Assembly (NCBI GenBank): GCA_965203905.1
Contig: CBDBDQ010000005.1
Location: 7,424,001 to 7,488,000, forward strand
Origin: Spirochaetia bacterium
Lineage (GTDB): Bacteria > Spirochaetota > Spirochaetia > SZUA-6 > Bin103
Length of the DNA: 64,000 nucleotides
Direction of reading: 5' to 3'
A model generated the notes under the pieces. The model did no database searches. It worked only from the letters and a program-made list of their open reading frames with translations, and was not told the origin of the DNA. Below, in pieces: positions 19,859-29,264 of this stretch; the first letter of the stretch is position 1, and every line of letters begins with the position of its first letter. A program made the translations under genes and the position numbers.

Positions 19859-20428
19859 CTACCCTATCGGCTCACTGCCACTCCCGCCAGGACCAGCACT
19901 ACCCGCCAGAACCAGGTCGACGGCCACGTCGTGGGCCGCGCGCGGCACCCGCTCCACCACCTGCTCCGGCATGCACACCCCGACCAGCAGGGCGGTCGCG
20001 CACCGGCGGCGAATCTCCACCAGTGTCCGGTCGTAATGGCCGCCGCCCCAGCCGAGGCGACCTCCGGCGGCGTCGAACGCCGCCCCCGGCACCAGCACCG
20101 CCGTCGCCGGCGGCAGTCGGTCCAACTCCAGCGACGGTGCCGTGGCCGGCGGCTCCGCCACCCCGCGGTAGCCGCTCCGTAACCCGGAAAGCGTCTGCAC
20201 CCGGTGGAAGCGAAGCTGCATGCCGGCGACTCGCGGCAACCAAACCGCCTTTTCGGCGGCGAAAGCCGCGGCCAGCACCGGCGCCGTGGCGGGCTCCCGG
20301 CCGGTAGCGGCGAACCCCAACAGCCAGTCCAGCCCGTGCCACTCCCGGCGCGCGGCAAGCGCCGCGAGCAACGCTCGGCCGGCGCCAACGAACCGATCCG
20401 CGGGGATTCGATGCAGGCGTTGCCGCAT
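19859..20428 (-). CDS. 5-formyltetrahydrofolate cyclo-ligase (YgfA/MTHFS)
   Basis: VLVPGAAFD..GGRLGWGGGHYDRTL...HDVAVD. First ATG at 20428, but homology extends to about 20460. Confidence 0.92.
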   Translation of the reverse strand: MRQRLHRIPADRFVGAGRALLAALAARREWHGLDWLLGFAATGREPATAPVLAAAFAAEKAVWLPRVAGMQLRFHRVQTLSGLRSGYRGVAEPPATAPSLELDRLPPATAVLVPGAAFDAAGGRLGWGGGHYDRTLVEIRRRCATALLVGVCMPEQVVERVPRAAHDVAVDLVLAGSAGPGGSGSEPIG

Positions 20429-20478
20429 CGACGCCCGCAGGGCGCGCTTCTCAGCGTCGATGCGGCAACCGGAAATTG

Positions 20479-20551
20479 TCGGGCTGGGCGGACTTGAACC
20501 GCCGACCCCACGCCCCCCAGACGTGTACGCTACCAACTGCGCCACAGCCCG
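20479..20551 (-). tRNA. tRNA-Pro (GGG)
   Basis: CGGGCTG-TGGCGCAGTTGGTAGCG-TACACGT-CTGGGGG-GCGTG...GGTTCAAGTCC...CAGCCCG-A; CCA not encoded. Confidence 0.95.
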
Positions 20552-20562
20552 ATTGCACCGCG

Positions 20563-20591
20563 AATGTAGCACCCGAGGTAGCGCCGGTCAA
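20563..20591 (-). promoter_or_regulatory. sigma70 promoter of tRNA-Pro
   Basis: TTGACC-N17-TACATT with a TGn extension, 11 nt upstream of the tRNA. Confidence 0.7.
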
Positions 20592-20660
20592 CGCAGCCGC
20601 GACCGAGTCGACTGTGGCTGCCAGCCAGCGCCACCTGAACCTCGGAGCGGCCGGGTCGCG

Positions 20661-21122
20661 TCATCGGTCGGCCTCGGGGGGCGGCAGAAACTCGCGGAAC
20701 TCGTACTCCACCCGGCCATCGTCGGCCACGGCCATGCTCGCGTGGCCGTGGCGCACCATCTCATCCAGGGTGCGCTCCGACTCCGCTATCGACAGGGGGC
20801 TGTCCAGGGCCACGATTGCGGCCGTGACCCGTCCGTGGTGGCCGCGCGCGATGCGCAGCACTTCCTTCTGCGGGTCCGGCAACGCCGGTTCCGCCGGACG
20901 CGGCCGGGCGCCCAACCGACGCAGCGACAGGAACGCCTGCACCGCCGGCAGCACCCCCGCGAAGGCGAGCGGGAAGATCCAGAACCAGCCGCCGTGAAAC
21001 AACAGCAGGGCGCCGAACACCGCACTGAAGGTGAGCCCGCTGGCGAGCTGGCCCTCCGCGTGCTTGCGCTTCTTTCGGCTGCGCTTGCCTGCGTGCTCCT
21101 CCGCGTCGTCTCGGGGCGCCAC
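20661..21122 (-). CDS. Hypothetical 2-TM membrane protein with C-terminal winged-helix-like domain
   Basis: 3' part of ORF 20661..21851. GTG start at 21122; two hydrophobic helices, then EVLRIARGHHGRVT...LDEMVRHGHA...VEYEFREF. Confidence 0.75.
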   Translation of the reverse strand: MAPRDDAEEHAGKRSRKKRKHAEGQLASGLTFSAVFGALLLFHGGWFWIFPLAFAGVLPAVQAFLSLRRLGARPRPAEPALPDPQKEVLRIARGHHGRVTAAIVALDSPLSIAESERTLDEMVRHGHASMAVADDGRVEYEFREFLPPPEADR

Positions 21123-21193
21123 GGCTATAGCATAATACGCCCGGTCGGGCGGCGACCATCGAGCCGCCGGGAGCTGGTCACGTGCTGAGGTCG

Positions 21194-22402
21194 CTACTCC
21201 GGTTGCCGGCTGAGTGCGCGCACCTGTTCGGGGAGCCCGTACAGGTTGATGAAGCCGCTGGCGTCGGCGTGGTCGTAGCTGCCGGCGGCGAACGAAGCCA
21301 GATCGTGCCGGTACAGGCCGTGCGGCGACTCCCGGCCGGTGACGGTGAGGTTCCCCTTGTACAGCGCCAGGGTGACCGACCCGGTCACCACCCGGCACAG
21401 CCGCTCGCAGAACGCTTCCAGGGCGCTCCGCAACGGGGTGAACCACTTGCCGTTGTACACCAGGGCGGCGTACCGCAACGCCAGCTCCTGCTTGGCGTGC
21501 AGGGCGTCGGCGTCCAGGTTCAACGCCTCCAGCTCGCGCAGCGCGGTCCACAGAATGGTACCACCCGGAGTCTCGTACACGCCGCGGCTCTTCATCCCGA
21601 CCAGCCTCGACTCCACCAGGTCGGCGCGGCCGATGGCGTTGGCGCCGCCGATCCGGTTCAGCTTCGCCAGCAGGTCCACCGGCTCCAGGCGCTCGCCATC
21701 GACCGCCACGGGCATGGCGGCTTCGAACCCGATCGTGACCTCGGTCTCGCGGTCGGGAGCTTCGCACGGTGCCACCGAGCGCTGGAACAGTGCCGCGCGC
21801 GGCCGAATGGCGGGATCTTCCAGGTCGCCGCCCTCGTGGCTTATGTGCCAAAGGTTGGCGTCACGCGAGTAGATGTTGCGACGCGAGATTCCACCCAGGT
21901 CGATGCCGTGGCTGGCGGCATAGTCGATCGCCTGCTCGCGCGAGCGGATCTCCCACAGGCGCCAGGGAGCGATCACCGTGAGGTGCGGAGCCAACGCCCG
22001 ATAGGTCATCTCGAAGCGTACCTGGTCGTTGCCCTTGCCGGTGCAGCCGTGGGCGACGGCGTCGGCGTCTTCCGCCAGTGCCACCGCCACCTGGTGCTTG
22101 GCCTGCAGCGGGCGCGCGATCGAGGTGCCCAGCAGGTACTTGCCCTCGTACACCGCGCCCGAGCGCAGCAGGGGGAACAGGTACTCGGTCACGAACTCGT
22201 GGCGCAGGTCTCGCAGCTGGAGCTTGCTGGCCCCCGAGGCCTTGGCGCGCTGCTCCAGACCGCTCAGGTCCTCCTCCTGGCCAACGTCGGCACAGTACGC
22301 CACCACTTCCGCGCCGGGATAACGCTCCTTCAACCACGGGATGATGATCGACGTATCCAGACCTCCCGAATAGGCCAGGACGATCTTGCGCACCGCCGCC
22401 AT
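21194..22402 (-). CDS. argG: Argininosuccinate synthase
   Basis: LAYSGGLDTS, YLLGTSIARP, HGCTGKGNDQVRFE, KSRGVYETPG. Confidence 0.98.
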   Translation of the reverse strand: MAAVRKIVLAYSGGLDTSIIIPWLKERYPGAEVVAYCADVGQEEDLSGLEQRAKASGASKLQLRDLRHEFVTEYLFPLLRSGAVYEGKYLLGTSIARPLQAKHQVAVALAEDADAVAHGCTGKGNDQVRFEMTYRALAPHLTVIAPWRLWEIRSREQAIDYAASHGIDLGGISRRNIYSRDANLWHISHEGGDLEDPAIRPRAALFQRSVAPCEAPDRETEVTIGFEAAMPVAVDGERLEPVDLLAKLNRIGGANAIGRADLVESRLVGMKSRGVYETPGGTILWTALRELEALNLDADALHAKQELALRYAALVYNGKWFTPLRSALEAFCERLCRVVTGSVTLALYKGNLTVTGRESPHGLYRHDLASFAAGSYDHADASGFINLYGLPEQVRALSRQPE

Positions 22403-22403
22403 G

Positions 22404-23630
22404 CTAAGCCCCGGCGAGCTTGCCGATCACCTCGGCGATGATCGCCAGCCCCTCATCGATCTCGGTTTCGCCGATGATCAGCGGCGGTGCCAGGCGCAGC
22501 ACGTCGTCACCGGAACGCAATGCCAACAGGCCCGCCTCGCGCAGGGCCGGCACCAGCTTGCCGATCGCGGGGGCGCCGTCGACCTCACCGGTCACGGTGA
22601 CGCCGGCGAGCAGGCCGGCACCCTTCACCGCGCCGAGCAGCGGGCTGCCGGCGGCGAGCCGCTGCAGCCCGGCGCTCAGATGACGCCCGCGGGCGGCGAC
22701 CGCGGCGGTGAACTCCGGCGCCGCCACGATGTCCCACACCAGGTTGCCGACGGCGCAGGTAACCGGGCCGCCACCGAAGGTGGTACCGTGGTCGCCGATG
22801 TGCAGCTCGGCGTTGATCGCCGCCGGTATCAGCGTCGCCGCCAGCGGCAGGCCGCCGCCCAGCGGCTTGGCCAGGGTGATCAGGTCCGGCTCCAGTCCCA
22901 CCAGGGAACTGGCGTACAGCTCGCCGGTGCGGCTCAGGCCGGTCTGCACCTCGTCCGCGATCAGCATGATCCGATGCCCGCGGCAGAGCTGGTTCAGGGT
23001 GGCGGCGAAGTCCCGGCTCATCAGGTCGAGGCCGCCCTCACCCTGCACCACTTCGACGATGACGGCGGCGAAGCTGTCGTCGAGCGCCGCGCGGGCGGCA
23101 TCCGCATCGCCGTAAGGCAGCGCCGTCACGCCGGGGATGAGCGGTGCGAACGGCTGCTGATACTTCTCGCTCGGCGTGCAGCTCAGCGCCCCCATGGTGC
23201 GGCCGTGAAAGCTGCCGCTGAAGCAGGCGATGCGATGCTTGTCCTCGTGGCCGCTGCGGTGCGCCAGCAAGCGTGCATACTTGAGCGCGGTCTCATTGGC
23301 CTCGGAGCCGCTGTTGGTGAACTGCACGTTGGCGATGCTCGCGCGCGGCGGAGCGGAAGCGATCAGCTTCTCCGCCAGCTCCAGGGCGGGCTCGGTGGCG
23401 TACAGGTTCGAGACGTGGACCAGCTTGCGCATCTGGGCGGCAGCCGCCGCGGCCAGGTCCTCACGCCCGTAGCCGAGCGCATTGACGGCGATGCCGGCGC
23501 CGAAGTCCAGGTAGGAGCGGCCCGCGACGTCCTGCACGCGGCAGCCCTGGCCGCGGTCGAGGACGAGCAGCTCCGGAGTAAAGACGCCGGGCATCGGGTG
23601 ATCGGTGACTAGCGCACCGTTGCGTTGCAT
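22404..23630 (-). CDS. argD: Acetylornithine aminotransferase
   Basis: YLDFGAGIAVNALG, NSGSEANE, FHGRT, DEVQTG, AKPLGGG, HGTTFGG; in the arg operon. Confidence 0.94.
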   Translation of the reverse strand: MQRNGALVTDHPMPGVFTPELLVLDRGQGCRVQDVAGRSYLDFGAGIAVNALGYGREDLAAAAAAQMRKLVHVSNLYATEPALELAEKLIASAPPRASIANVQFTNSGSEANETALKYARLLAHRSGHEDKHRIACFSGSFHGRTMGALSCTPSEKYQQPFAPLIPGVTALPYGDADAARAALDDSFAAVIVEVVQGEGGLDLMSRDFAATLNQLCRGHRIMLIADEVQTGLSRTGELYASSLVGLEPDLITLAKPLGGGLPLAATLIPAAINAELHIGDHGTTFGGGPVTCAVGNLVWDIVAAPEFTAAVAARGRHLSAGLQRLAAGSPLLGAVKGAGLLAGVTVTGEVDGAPAIGKLVPALREAGLLALRSGDDVLRLAPPLIIGETEIDEGLAIIAEVIGKLAGA

Positions 23631-24481
23631 GGTTGTGCCTCCCGTATCGATTGCTGTGTAGCTTGCTGTGCCGGTGGCGAGAGAATGGTGGTGCCGGCGG
23701 CGCCGGTCAACAGTGCGGTCAGATCGCCGGCGGCGGTGAAACTGCCGATCACGACCTGCCGCACCCCCTGCTCCAGGGCGTGCACCGCGGCTTCGAGCTT
23801 GGGGATCATGCCACCGCGAATCACGCCGGCGGCGACCTCGGCGGCCGCGCGCGGCGGCGTCAGGGTGGGCAGCACCGCACCGTCCTTGAGCACGCCCGGG
23901 ACATCGGAGAGGAACAGCAGGCGATCGGCCGCCAGGGCCGGGGCGATGCGCAGCGCCACGCTGTCGGCGTTGATGTTCACGGCGCGGCCCGGCGGCTCCA
24001 GGCTGGTGGGGGCCAGCACCGGCAGGTAGCCGTGGTTGAGCAACAGCCACAGGAGCCGCGTGTCGACCTCGGCCACGGTGGCGGTGTGGTTGGCGTCGGC
24101 GCCGGTGCCGGCCGCGGCGGCTGCCCGGGCGCCGGTGAAGATCGCGCCGTCGGAACCGCTGAGCCCCACCGCCGCCAGCCCGGCCGCGTGCAGCTCGCGC
24201 ACCAGGCGCTTGTTCACCGCGCCGCACAGCACCATGTCCACGTAGGGCATCTCGGCCGGCGAAGTCACCCGGATACCATCGCTGAACTGAGGCTCCAGGC
24301 CGACGCGGCGGGTCAGTGCGCTCACCTCGTTGCCGCCGCCGTGTACCAGCACCACCCGGGCGCCGGCCCTGGTCAGCGGTGTCAGCTCATGGATGAACGC
24401 CGTCAGCGCGCCGGCGGCTTCCGCTGCGGCCCCGCCCAACTTGATCACCAGCAGCTCACCCGCTGCGATGGCCGTGTTCAT
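23609..24481 (-). CDS. argB: Acetylglutamate kinase
   Basis: VIKLGG, VHGGG, GIRVT, NINAD, SDVPGVL, GGMIPK. Confidence 0.95.
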   Translation of the reverse strand: MNTAIAAGELLVIKLGGAAAEAAGALTAFIHELTPLTRAGARVVLVHGGGNEVSALTRRVGLEPQFSDGIRVTSPAEMPYVDMVLCGAVNKRLVRELHAAGLAAVGLSGSDGAIFTGARAAAAAGTGADANHTATVAEVDTRLLWLLLNHGYLPVLAPTSLEPPGRAVNINADSVALRIAPALAADRLLFLSDVPGVLKDGAVLPTLTPPRAAAEVAAGVIRGGMIPKLEAAVHALEQGVRQVVIGSFTAAGDLTALLTGAAGTTILSPPAQQATQQSIREAQPCNATVR

Positions 24482-25512
24482 TACGCCTCCGCGTGCAGCG
24501 GCAGACCGGCGGTCTCCGCGAAGCCGAAACGCAGGTTCATGTTCTGCACCGCCTGACCGGCCGCGCCCTTGACCAGGTTGTCGATTACCGAGAACAGCAC
24601 CAGTTGCCGGCCGCTGACCTGCCAGCCGATGTCGCAGCGGTTGGCGCCCCACACGTCGGCCGTGGCGGGGATGCGCCCGCCGGTGAGCTTCACGAACGGG
24701 ACCTCGCCGTAGACCTGTTCCAGGGTCTCCTCCACGGCGGCCTCCCGGGCGGGCTCGCGCAACGTGACGACGGTGGTGGCGGCCAGACCGCGCCGCATCG
24801 GCACCAGGTGGGGGGTGAACAGCAGGTCCAGATCCTCCGCCACGGCGCGCAGCTCGCTCACCATTTCGGGGTGATGGCGATGACTGCGCCCCGGCGCGTA
24901 CGCCGTCAGGCTCTCGCTGAGCTCGGTGAACAGGTACTCCTCGCTCACCTTGCGGCCGGCACCCGTGACCCCGCTCATGGCCGTGGCCACGACACTGCCG
25001 CACAGCAGGCCGGCCGCCGCAAGGGGCAGCACCGGCAGCAGCACCGCGGTGGGATAACAGCCCGGGTTGGCGATGATCCGGGCGCCGCCGATGGCGTCAC
25101 GGTGCCACTCGGAGAGTCCGTACGCCGCACCCGACAGCAGGTCGGGACGCGGCGGCGGCGAGCCGTACGCGGCGGCGAACAGGGCGTGGTCCTTGATGCG
25201 GAAGTCGGCGGCGAGATCGATCACCACGGCCGAGTCGAACCAGGGGGCGGCCCCGGCCGCGGAGGAGAGCGGCGGCAGACAGGAGAACACCACGTCCGCG
25301 GGCCGGTCGGCTGCAGCGGCCGCACTGCTCAGGCGACCGTCGCCCAGCTTGGGGGCGGCGGCCTCCGCGAATCCCGGCAGCGCCACGGCGATCGGCTCGC
25401 CCGCGCGCGAGCCGGACACCGGAACCACGGCGTCGACCTGCGGGTGCTCCAGCAGCAGGCGCAGCAGCAGCGAGCCGGCGTAACCGGTGGCGCCGAGGAT
25501 TACGGCAGTCAT
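24481..25512 (-). CDS. argC: N-acetyl-gamma-glutamyl-phosphate reductase
   Basis: GATGYAG, IANPGCYPT, SGVTGAG, IDNLVKGAAGQAVQNMN. Confidence 0.97.
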   Translation of the reverse strand: MTAVILGATGYAGSLLLRLLLEHPQVDAVVPVSGSRAGEPIAVALPGFAEAAAPKLGDGRLSSAAAAADRPADVVFSCLPPLSSAAGAAPWFDSAVVIDLAADFRIKDHALFAAAYGSPPPRPDLLSGAAYGLSEWHRDAIGGARIIANPGCYPTAVLLPVLPLAAAGLLCGSVVATAMSGVTGAGRKVSEEYLFTELSESLTAYAPGRSHRHHPEMVSELRAVAEDLDLLFTPHLVPMRRGLAATTVVTLREPAREAAVEETLEQVYGEVPFVKLTGGRIPATADVWGANRCDIGWQVSGRQLVLFSVIDNLVKGAAGQAVQNMNLRFGFAETAGLPLHAEA

Positions 25513-26027
25513 CGGAAGGTGCCCCCGATACCGGGGATGCGGCGCTGCAGAGCGCGCCTGGCGGCCGCGGGCGTGACCCCCTCGGCCAGCACGGCGAGTA
25601 TCGTATCGTCGCCGGCGACGGTCCCGATGATGCCGGTGACCTGCAGCTTGTCCAGGGCAAAGGCGACGCTGGCGGCGTGGCCCGGCAGGGTATGAACCAC
25701 CGCCAGGTTGCCGGAGAAGGCGATCGACCGATAGCCGTGCATGAATACCGACTGCAGGCTGACGTCGGAGCCGGACTGGTCCAACTGATCGCGGAAGGCG
25801 TAGGTGTAGCCGCCATGGCCGTCCGGCAACTTGCCCACCTTCAATACCTTCAGGTCCCGTGACAGGGTGGCCTGGGTGGTGCTGAACCCGCTCGCCGCCA
25901 GGCGCCGCAACAACTGCTCCTGGCTGCTGATCGTGCCGCCGGCAATCAGCTCGCGTATCGCGCGGCGCCGCTCGGAGGCGTCGTGGCGAGGCGCTCCGAG
26001 CGCGGCGGTGGTCGAATCCGTATTCAT
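25509..26027 (-). CDS. argR: Arginine repressor
   Basis: SQEQL...TQATLSRDL...TLPGHA...GTVAGDDTIL. Confidence 0.96.
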   Translation of the reverse strand: MNTDSTTAALGAPRHDASERRRAIRELIAGGTISSQEQLLRRLAASGFSTTQATLSRDLKVLKVGKLPDGHGGYTYAFRDQLDQSGSDVSLQSVFMHGYRSIAFSGNLAVVHTLPGHAASVAFALDKLQVTGIIGTVAGDDTILAVLAEGVTPAAARRALQRRIPGIGGTFR

Positions 26028-26048
26028 CGTTACGTATCTTTACTCAAT
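26011..26048 (-). promoter_or_regulatory. Tandem ARG boxes overlapping the argR promoter and start codon
   Basis: Cores TGAGT-aaag-ATACG (26033-26046) and TGAAT-acgg-ATTCG (26013-26026) versus consensus TGAAT-N4-ATTCA; the 18-mers are 2 bp apart. Promoter TTGACC-N17-TAAAGA. Confidence 0.75.
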
Positions 26049-26136
26049 GCCAGCGGATCGGTCAAGGTGCTGTGCGCGAGCGCCGGCCGGGCATGGCGCT
26101 GGCCGCGCGGCTGCCGCCATGCTAACCTGCCGACCC

Positions 26137-27282
26137 GTGGGCGACCCGAACAGCAACGCCGCCCCCGGCATCCTGCAGATCGCTCCCTACGTGCCGGGGC
26201 GTACCATTGACGAGGTGGCGCGGGAACTCGGGCTTACCGACATCATCAAGCTCGCATCCAATGAGAACCCGCTTGGCGTCAGCCCCAAGGCGGCGGCCGC
26301 CATGCGCGCCGTTGTCGGCCGCGCCCACCTCTATCCGGAGATCGACAACCCGCTGCTGCAGGCTGCGCTCGGTCGTGCCAACAGCGTGCCGCCGGAATGC
26401 GTGCTCACCGGCAACGGGGCGGATTCCATCCTCTACGCGGCGGCGCTCGCGTTCCTGCGCCCCGGCGACGAAGTGCTGATCCCGCAGATCACCTTCGACC
26501 TGTACCGCACGGTAGCGTTCACCAAGGGAGCCGTGGCGACGGAGGTTCCGATGCCGGAGCTCCAGCTCGCCGCGGAGGCGATCGTGGAGCGGGTCACGCC
26601 GCGCACCCGGATCGTGTTCATCTGCAATCCGAACAATCCGACCGGTGCGCTGTTTCCGCGTCCCGCCATGGAGCGGCTGCTGGCGGCACTGCCGGACCGG
26701 GTGGTGCTGGTCCACGACGAGGTGTACCGGGAGTTTGCCGACGGTGACGTGTTTCCCGACCTGGTGTCGCGGGTCAGCGCCGGGCAGGACAATCTGATCC
26801 TGGTGCGCAGCATGGCCAAGGCCTACGGCCTGGCCGGTGTGCGATTCGGGTACGGAATCATGGCCCCGGCCACCGCGGCGCTGCTGCACCGCGTCCGCCC
26901 GCCGTTCGACACCTCGATTCTGGCGCAGGCTGCGGCCCTGGGCGCACTCGACGATGGCGAGTTCCTGGAGCGCACGCTGGCGCTCAACCGGCGCGGCAAG
27001 CGCCAGCTCTACGCCGCATGCGCGCGTCTGGGCCTTCCGGCCGTACCCTCACACGCCAACTTCGTGCTGGTGGACGTGGGGCGAGACGCACGCGCCGTGG
27101 CTCAGGGGCTGTTGCAGCAGGGGGTAATCGTGCGCACCCCGCGGCATCCCGCCCTGGCCCGCTACGTGCGCGTGAGCATCGGTACGGACGCGCAGATGCG
27201 GCGCTTCATCGCCGCGCTCGAGCGAACGCTCCGCGACTCCAGCGGCGGCGCCGAGCGCACGGAACCCGCGCCGCCGCGGTAG
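26137..27282 (+). CDS. hisC: Histidinol-phosphate aminotransferase
   Basis: PYVPG, IIKLASNENPLG, GNG.D, CNPNNPTG, DEVY, RSMAKAYGLAGVRFGY; GTG start inferred. Confidence 0.93.
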   Translation: MGDPNSNAAPGILQIAPYVPGRTIDEVARELGLTDIIKLASNENPLGVSPKAAAAMRAVVGRAHLYPEIDNPLLQAALGRANSVPPECVLTGNGADSILYAAALAFLRPGDEVLIPQITFDLYRTVAFTKGAVATEVPMPELQLAAEAIVERVTPRTRIVFICNPNNPTGALFPRPAMERLLAALPDRVVLVHDEVYREFADGDVFPDLVSRVSAGQDNLILVRSMAKAYGLAGVRFGYGIMAPATAALLHRVRPPFDTSILAQAAALGALDDGEFLERTLALNRRGKRQLYAACARLGLPAVPSHANFVLVDVGRDARAVAQGLLQQGVIVRTPRHPALARYVRVSIGTDAQMRRFIAALERTLRDSSGGAERTEPAPPR

Positions 27283-27288
27283 CGAGCC

Positions 27289-27969
27289 ATGCTGCGGTTG
27301 GCCCTGCGCGGTCGCCACCGGGTGTCCGCCTGCGGCGCGCTGGCCGTCGCGCTGGCGCTGTTGGCGGCGTGCGAGACCAGCCCCCCGGAGCTGTACGAGC
27401 TGCAGTGGCTGCTGCTGGATTTCGACGACCGCGAGCTGGACCAACGCTACGAGAGCCTGAGCCTGTTCGTCCGCGCCGGCGACGCGGATGGAGCGGATGA
27501 TCTCGACGAGCTCTACCTGATCTTCGATGCCGGCGAACTGTTCTGGCGACTCACGGCGGCGACCTGGACCCGTACCGAGCACGAAGGTGCCACCTGGATC
27601 GGTTCCAGCACCATCAGCATGCCCGGCCAGGAGCCGTTTCCGCCTGGTGAGTATCGCCTGCTGCTGCTGGACCGCGGCGGCCAGCGCGACGCCACCCGTT
27701 TCGTGATCCCGGCCCAGCGCCGTCCAACCGCCGCACCGGAGGTTTCCGTGGACGGCCCGCGCCTCGAGGTCCACGGCGCCGCACCATACCAGGTTTGGGT
27801 GGCGGCCGCGGACGGCCTGGTCACGCCCCTGGAAGCTACCGGAACCGTCGACCTGGAGGAGCACTTCGACTACCGCGCCGGGGCGCGCTACCAGGTTTAC
27901 GTGTTCGGGCAGGCGGAGGGGGCTGACAAAGGGTTCCTCAGTGGCCCCTACCCGTGGCAGGCCCCCTGA
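27289..27969 (+). CDS. Hypothetical lipoprotein
   Basis: Signal peptide ending in lipobox LAAC; acidic, beta-rich mature part. Confidence 0.75.
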   Translation: MLRLALRGRHRVSACGALAVALALLAACETSPPELYELQWLLLDFDDRELDQRYESLSLFVRAGDADGADDLDELYLIFDAGELFWRLTAATWTRTEHEGATWIGSSTISMPGQEPFPPGEYRLLLLDRGGQRDATRFVIPAQRRPTAAPEVSVDGPRLEVHGAAPYQVWVAAADGLVTPLEATGTVDLEEHFDYRAGARYQVYVFGQAEGADKGFLSGPYPWQAP

Positions 27970-27976
27970 ACCCACA

Positions 27977-28049
27977 TGCCGCCGAGCAGAATCGAACTGC
28001 TGACACGAGGATTTTCAGTCCTCTGCTCTACCATCTGAGCTACAGCGGC
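27977..28049 (-). tRNA. tRNA-Phe (GAA)
   Basis: GCCGCTG-TAGCTCAGATGGTAGAGC-AGAGGA-CTGAAAA-TCCTC...GTTCGATTC...CGGCGGC-A; CCA not encoded. Confidence 0.96.
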
Positions 28050-28062
28050 CGGATGTCCGCAT

Positions 28063-28091
28063 AATCTACGGCGAGTGCCCCGAGGCGTCAA
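28063..28091 (-). promoter_or_regulatory. sigma70 promoter of tRNA-Phe
   Basis: TTGACG-N17-TAGATT. Confidence 0.7.
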
Positions 28092-28175
28092 TATCCAAGC
28101 TCGCCGGGGGCGGCGGCGCGACCCGCGCGCGGCGGTTGCCAAGGGAGGTCGTGATTGATAGCGTTGAGGGCCCGC

Positions 28176-29264
28176 ATGCCTGCCCATATCAGCCACCTGC
28201 TGTTTGCCGAGGATGTCCTGCGCGAGGCCGTCCCCGACGCGGAGAACCTGCTGCAGCGCGCCGGCAACCTGTTCCGGTTCGGGGCTCAGGGCCCGGACAT
28301 CTTCTACCACAACCAGCGCACCCGGCCCCTGGGTCTGCGCTACGGTTCGCTGATCCACCGGCACCGGTTCGGGCGCATGGTGGCCCACATGGCGCAGACG
28401 GCGGCCAACGCCGCGCGCCGTACCGGAACCCCGGACCTGCAGCAGGCTGCCTACCTGCTGGGTTTCGCCACCCACGCCGAGCTGGACCGCTTCGCCCATC
28501 CCTACATCATCTGTCGCGCCGGGTGGGTACGGGCGCAGGATCCGGCCAGCCAGCGGTACCGGCGCTGTCACGCGTTCCTGGAACGGCTCCTGGACGTGGT
28601 TGCGCTGCGTGCCGTGCGTTCCCAGGAGCTGCATCAGTTCGACTTCTTCTCGCAGATCTACTGTGGCGAGAGCCTGCCCTACTCCACCCTCAAGATGCTG
28701 GTCAAGGCGGTCACCGAGGTATATCCGAATGCCAGCTACAAGTCGCGCAACAGGCGGCGCATCGAAAATGCCTATGGCGACGCCATACGGTTCTACACCC
28801 TGACCGACCACCGCAATCCACTGCTGCGCACGCGTGCCCTGGAGCTCGACCGGCGCGAGGGTGCCCAGCACCGCCGGGGCGCGGTGTTCCACTTCCCCGA
28901 CGTCGGCCAGGAACTTGACCCGGCCAACCTGCAGCACCGGCCGTGGCCGCATCCCTGCTGTCCCGAGGTCAGCAGGGACGAGAGCTTCCTCGACCTGATG
29001 GCTGCGGCCCGGGCCGCTCTGGTACCTCGAATGAGCCGCCTGGCCACGATCCTGGGCCTGCGCCGCAGCGGGCCGGCCGTGCCCGAGGAGGGATTCGGAA
29101 GCGACGCCGGCGCGACCTTCGCGGAGTTGGCGGCCTCGTTCGGAGATCAGAGCCTGGGCGCAACCCGCGACGGCCGCACCTGCACACCGGTCCACGCCGA
29201 GCCATTGCCGCTGGCGGAGCTGTTGGAGGGGTTGCATCGTGAATCTGCCCGAGCCAGCTCGTGA
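28176..29264 (+). CDS. Zinc-dependent phospholipase C family protein
   Basis: MPAHISH, GAQGPDIFY, H, YLLGFATHAELDRFAHPYI, H..LE motifs. Confidence 0.85.
   Translation: MPAHISHLLFAEDVLREAVPDAENLLQRAGNLFRFGAQGPDIFYHNQRTRPLGLRYGSLIHRHRFGRMVAHMAQTAANAARRTGTPDLQQAAYLLGFATHAELDRFAHPYIICRAGWVRAQDPASQRYRRCHAFLERLLDVVALRAVRSQELHQFDFFSQIYCGESLPYSTLKMLVKAVTEVYPNASYKSRNRRRIENAYGDAIRFYTLTDHRNPLLRTRALELDRREGAQHRRGAVFHFPDVGQELDPANLQHRPWPHPCCPEVSRDESFLDLMAAARAALVPRMSRLATILGLRRSGPAVPEEGFGSDAGATFAELAASFGDQSLGATRDGRTCTPVHAEPLPLAELLEGLHRESARASS

Noticed and set aside
20429-20600. 6S RNA upstream of the ygfA-like gene
   Set aside because: The space is occupied by a clear tRNA-Pro and its promoter; no long 6S-like hairpin is visible.
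22404-25003. Apparent long N-terminal extensions of ArgD and ArgB in the ORF track
   Set aside because: They are out-of-frame overlaps with the upstream arg genes; better starts are at 23630 and 24481.
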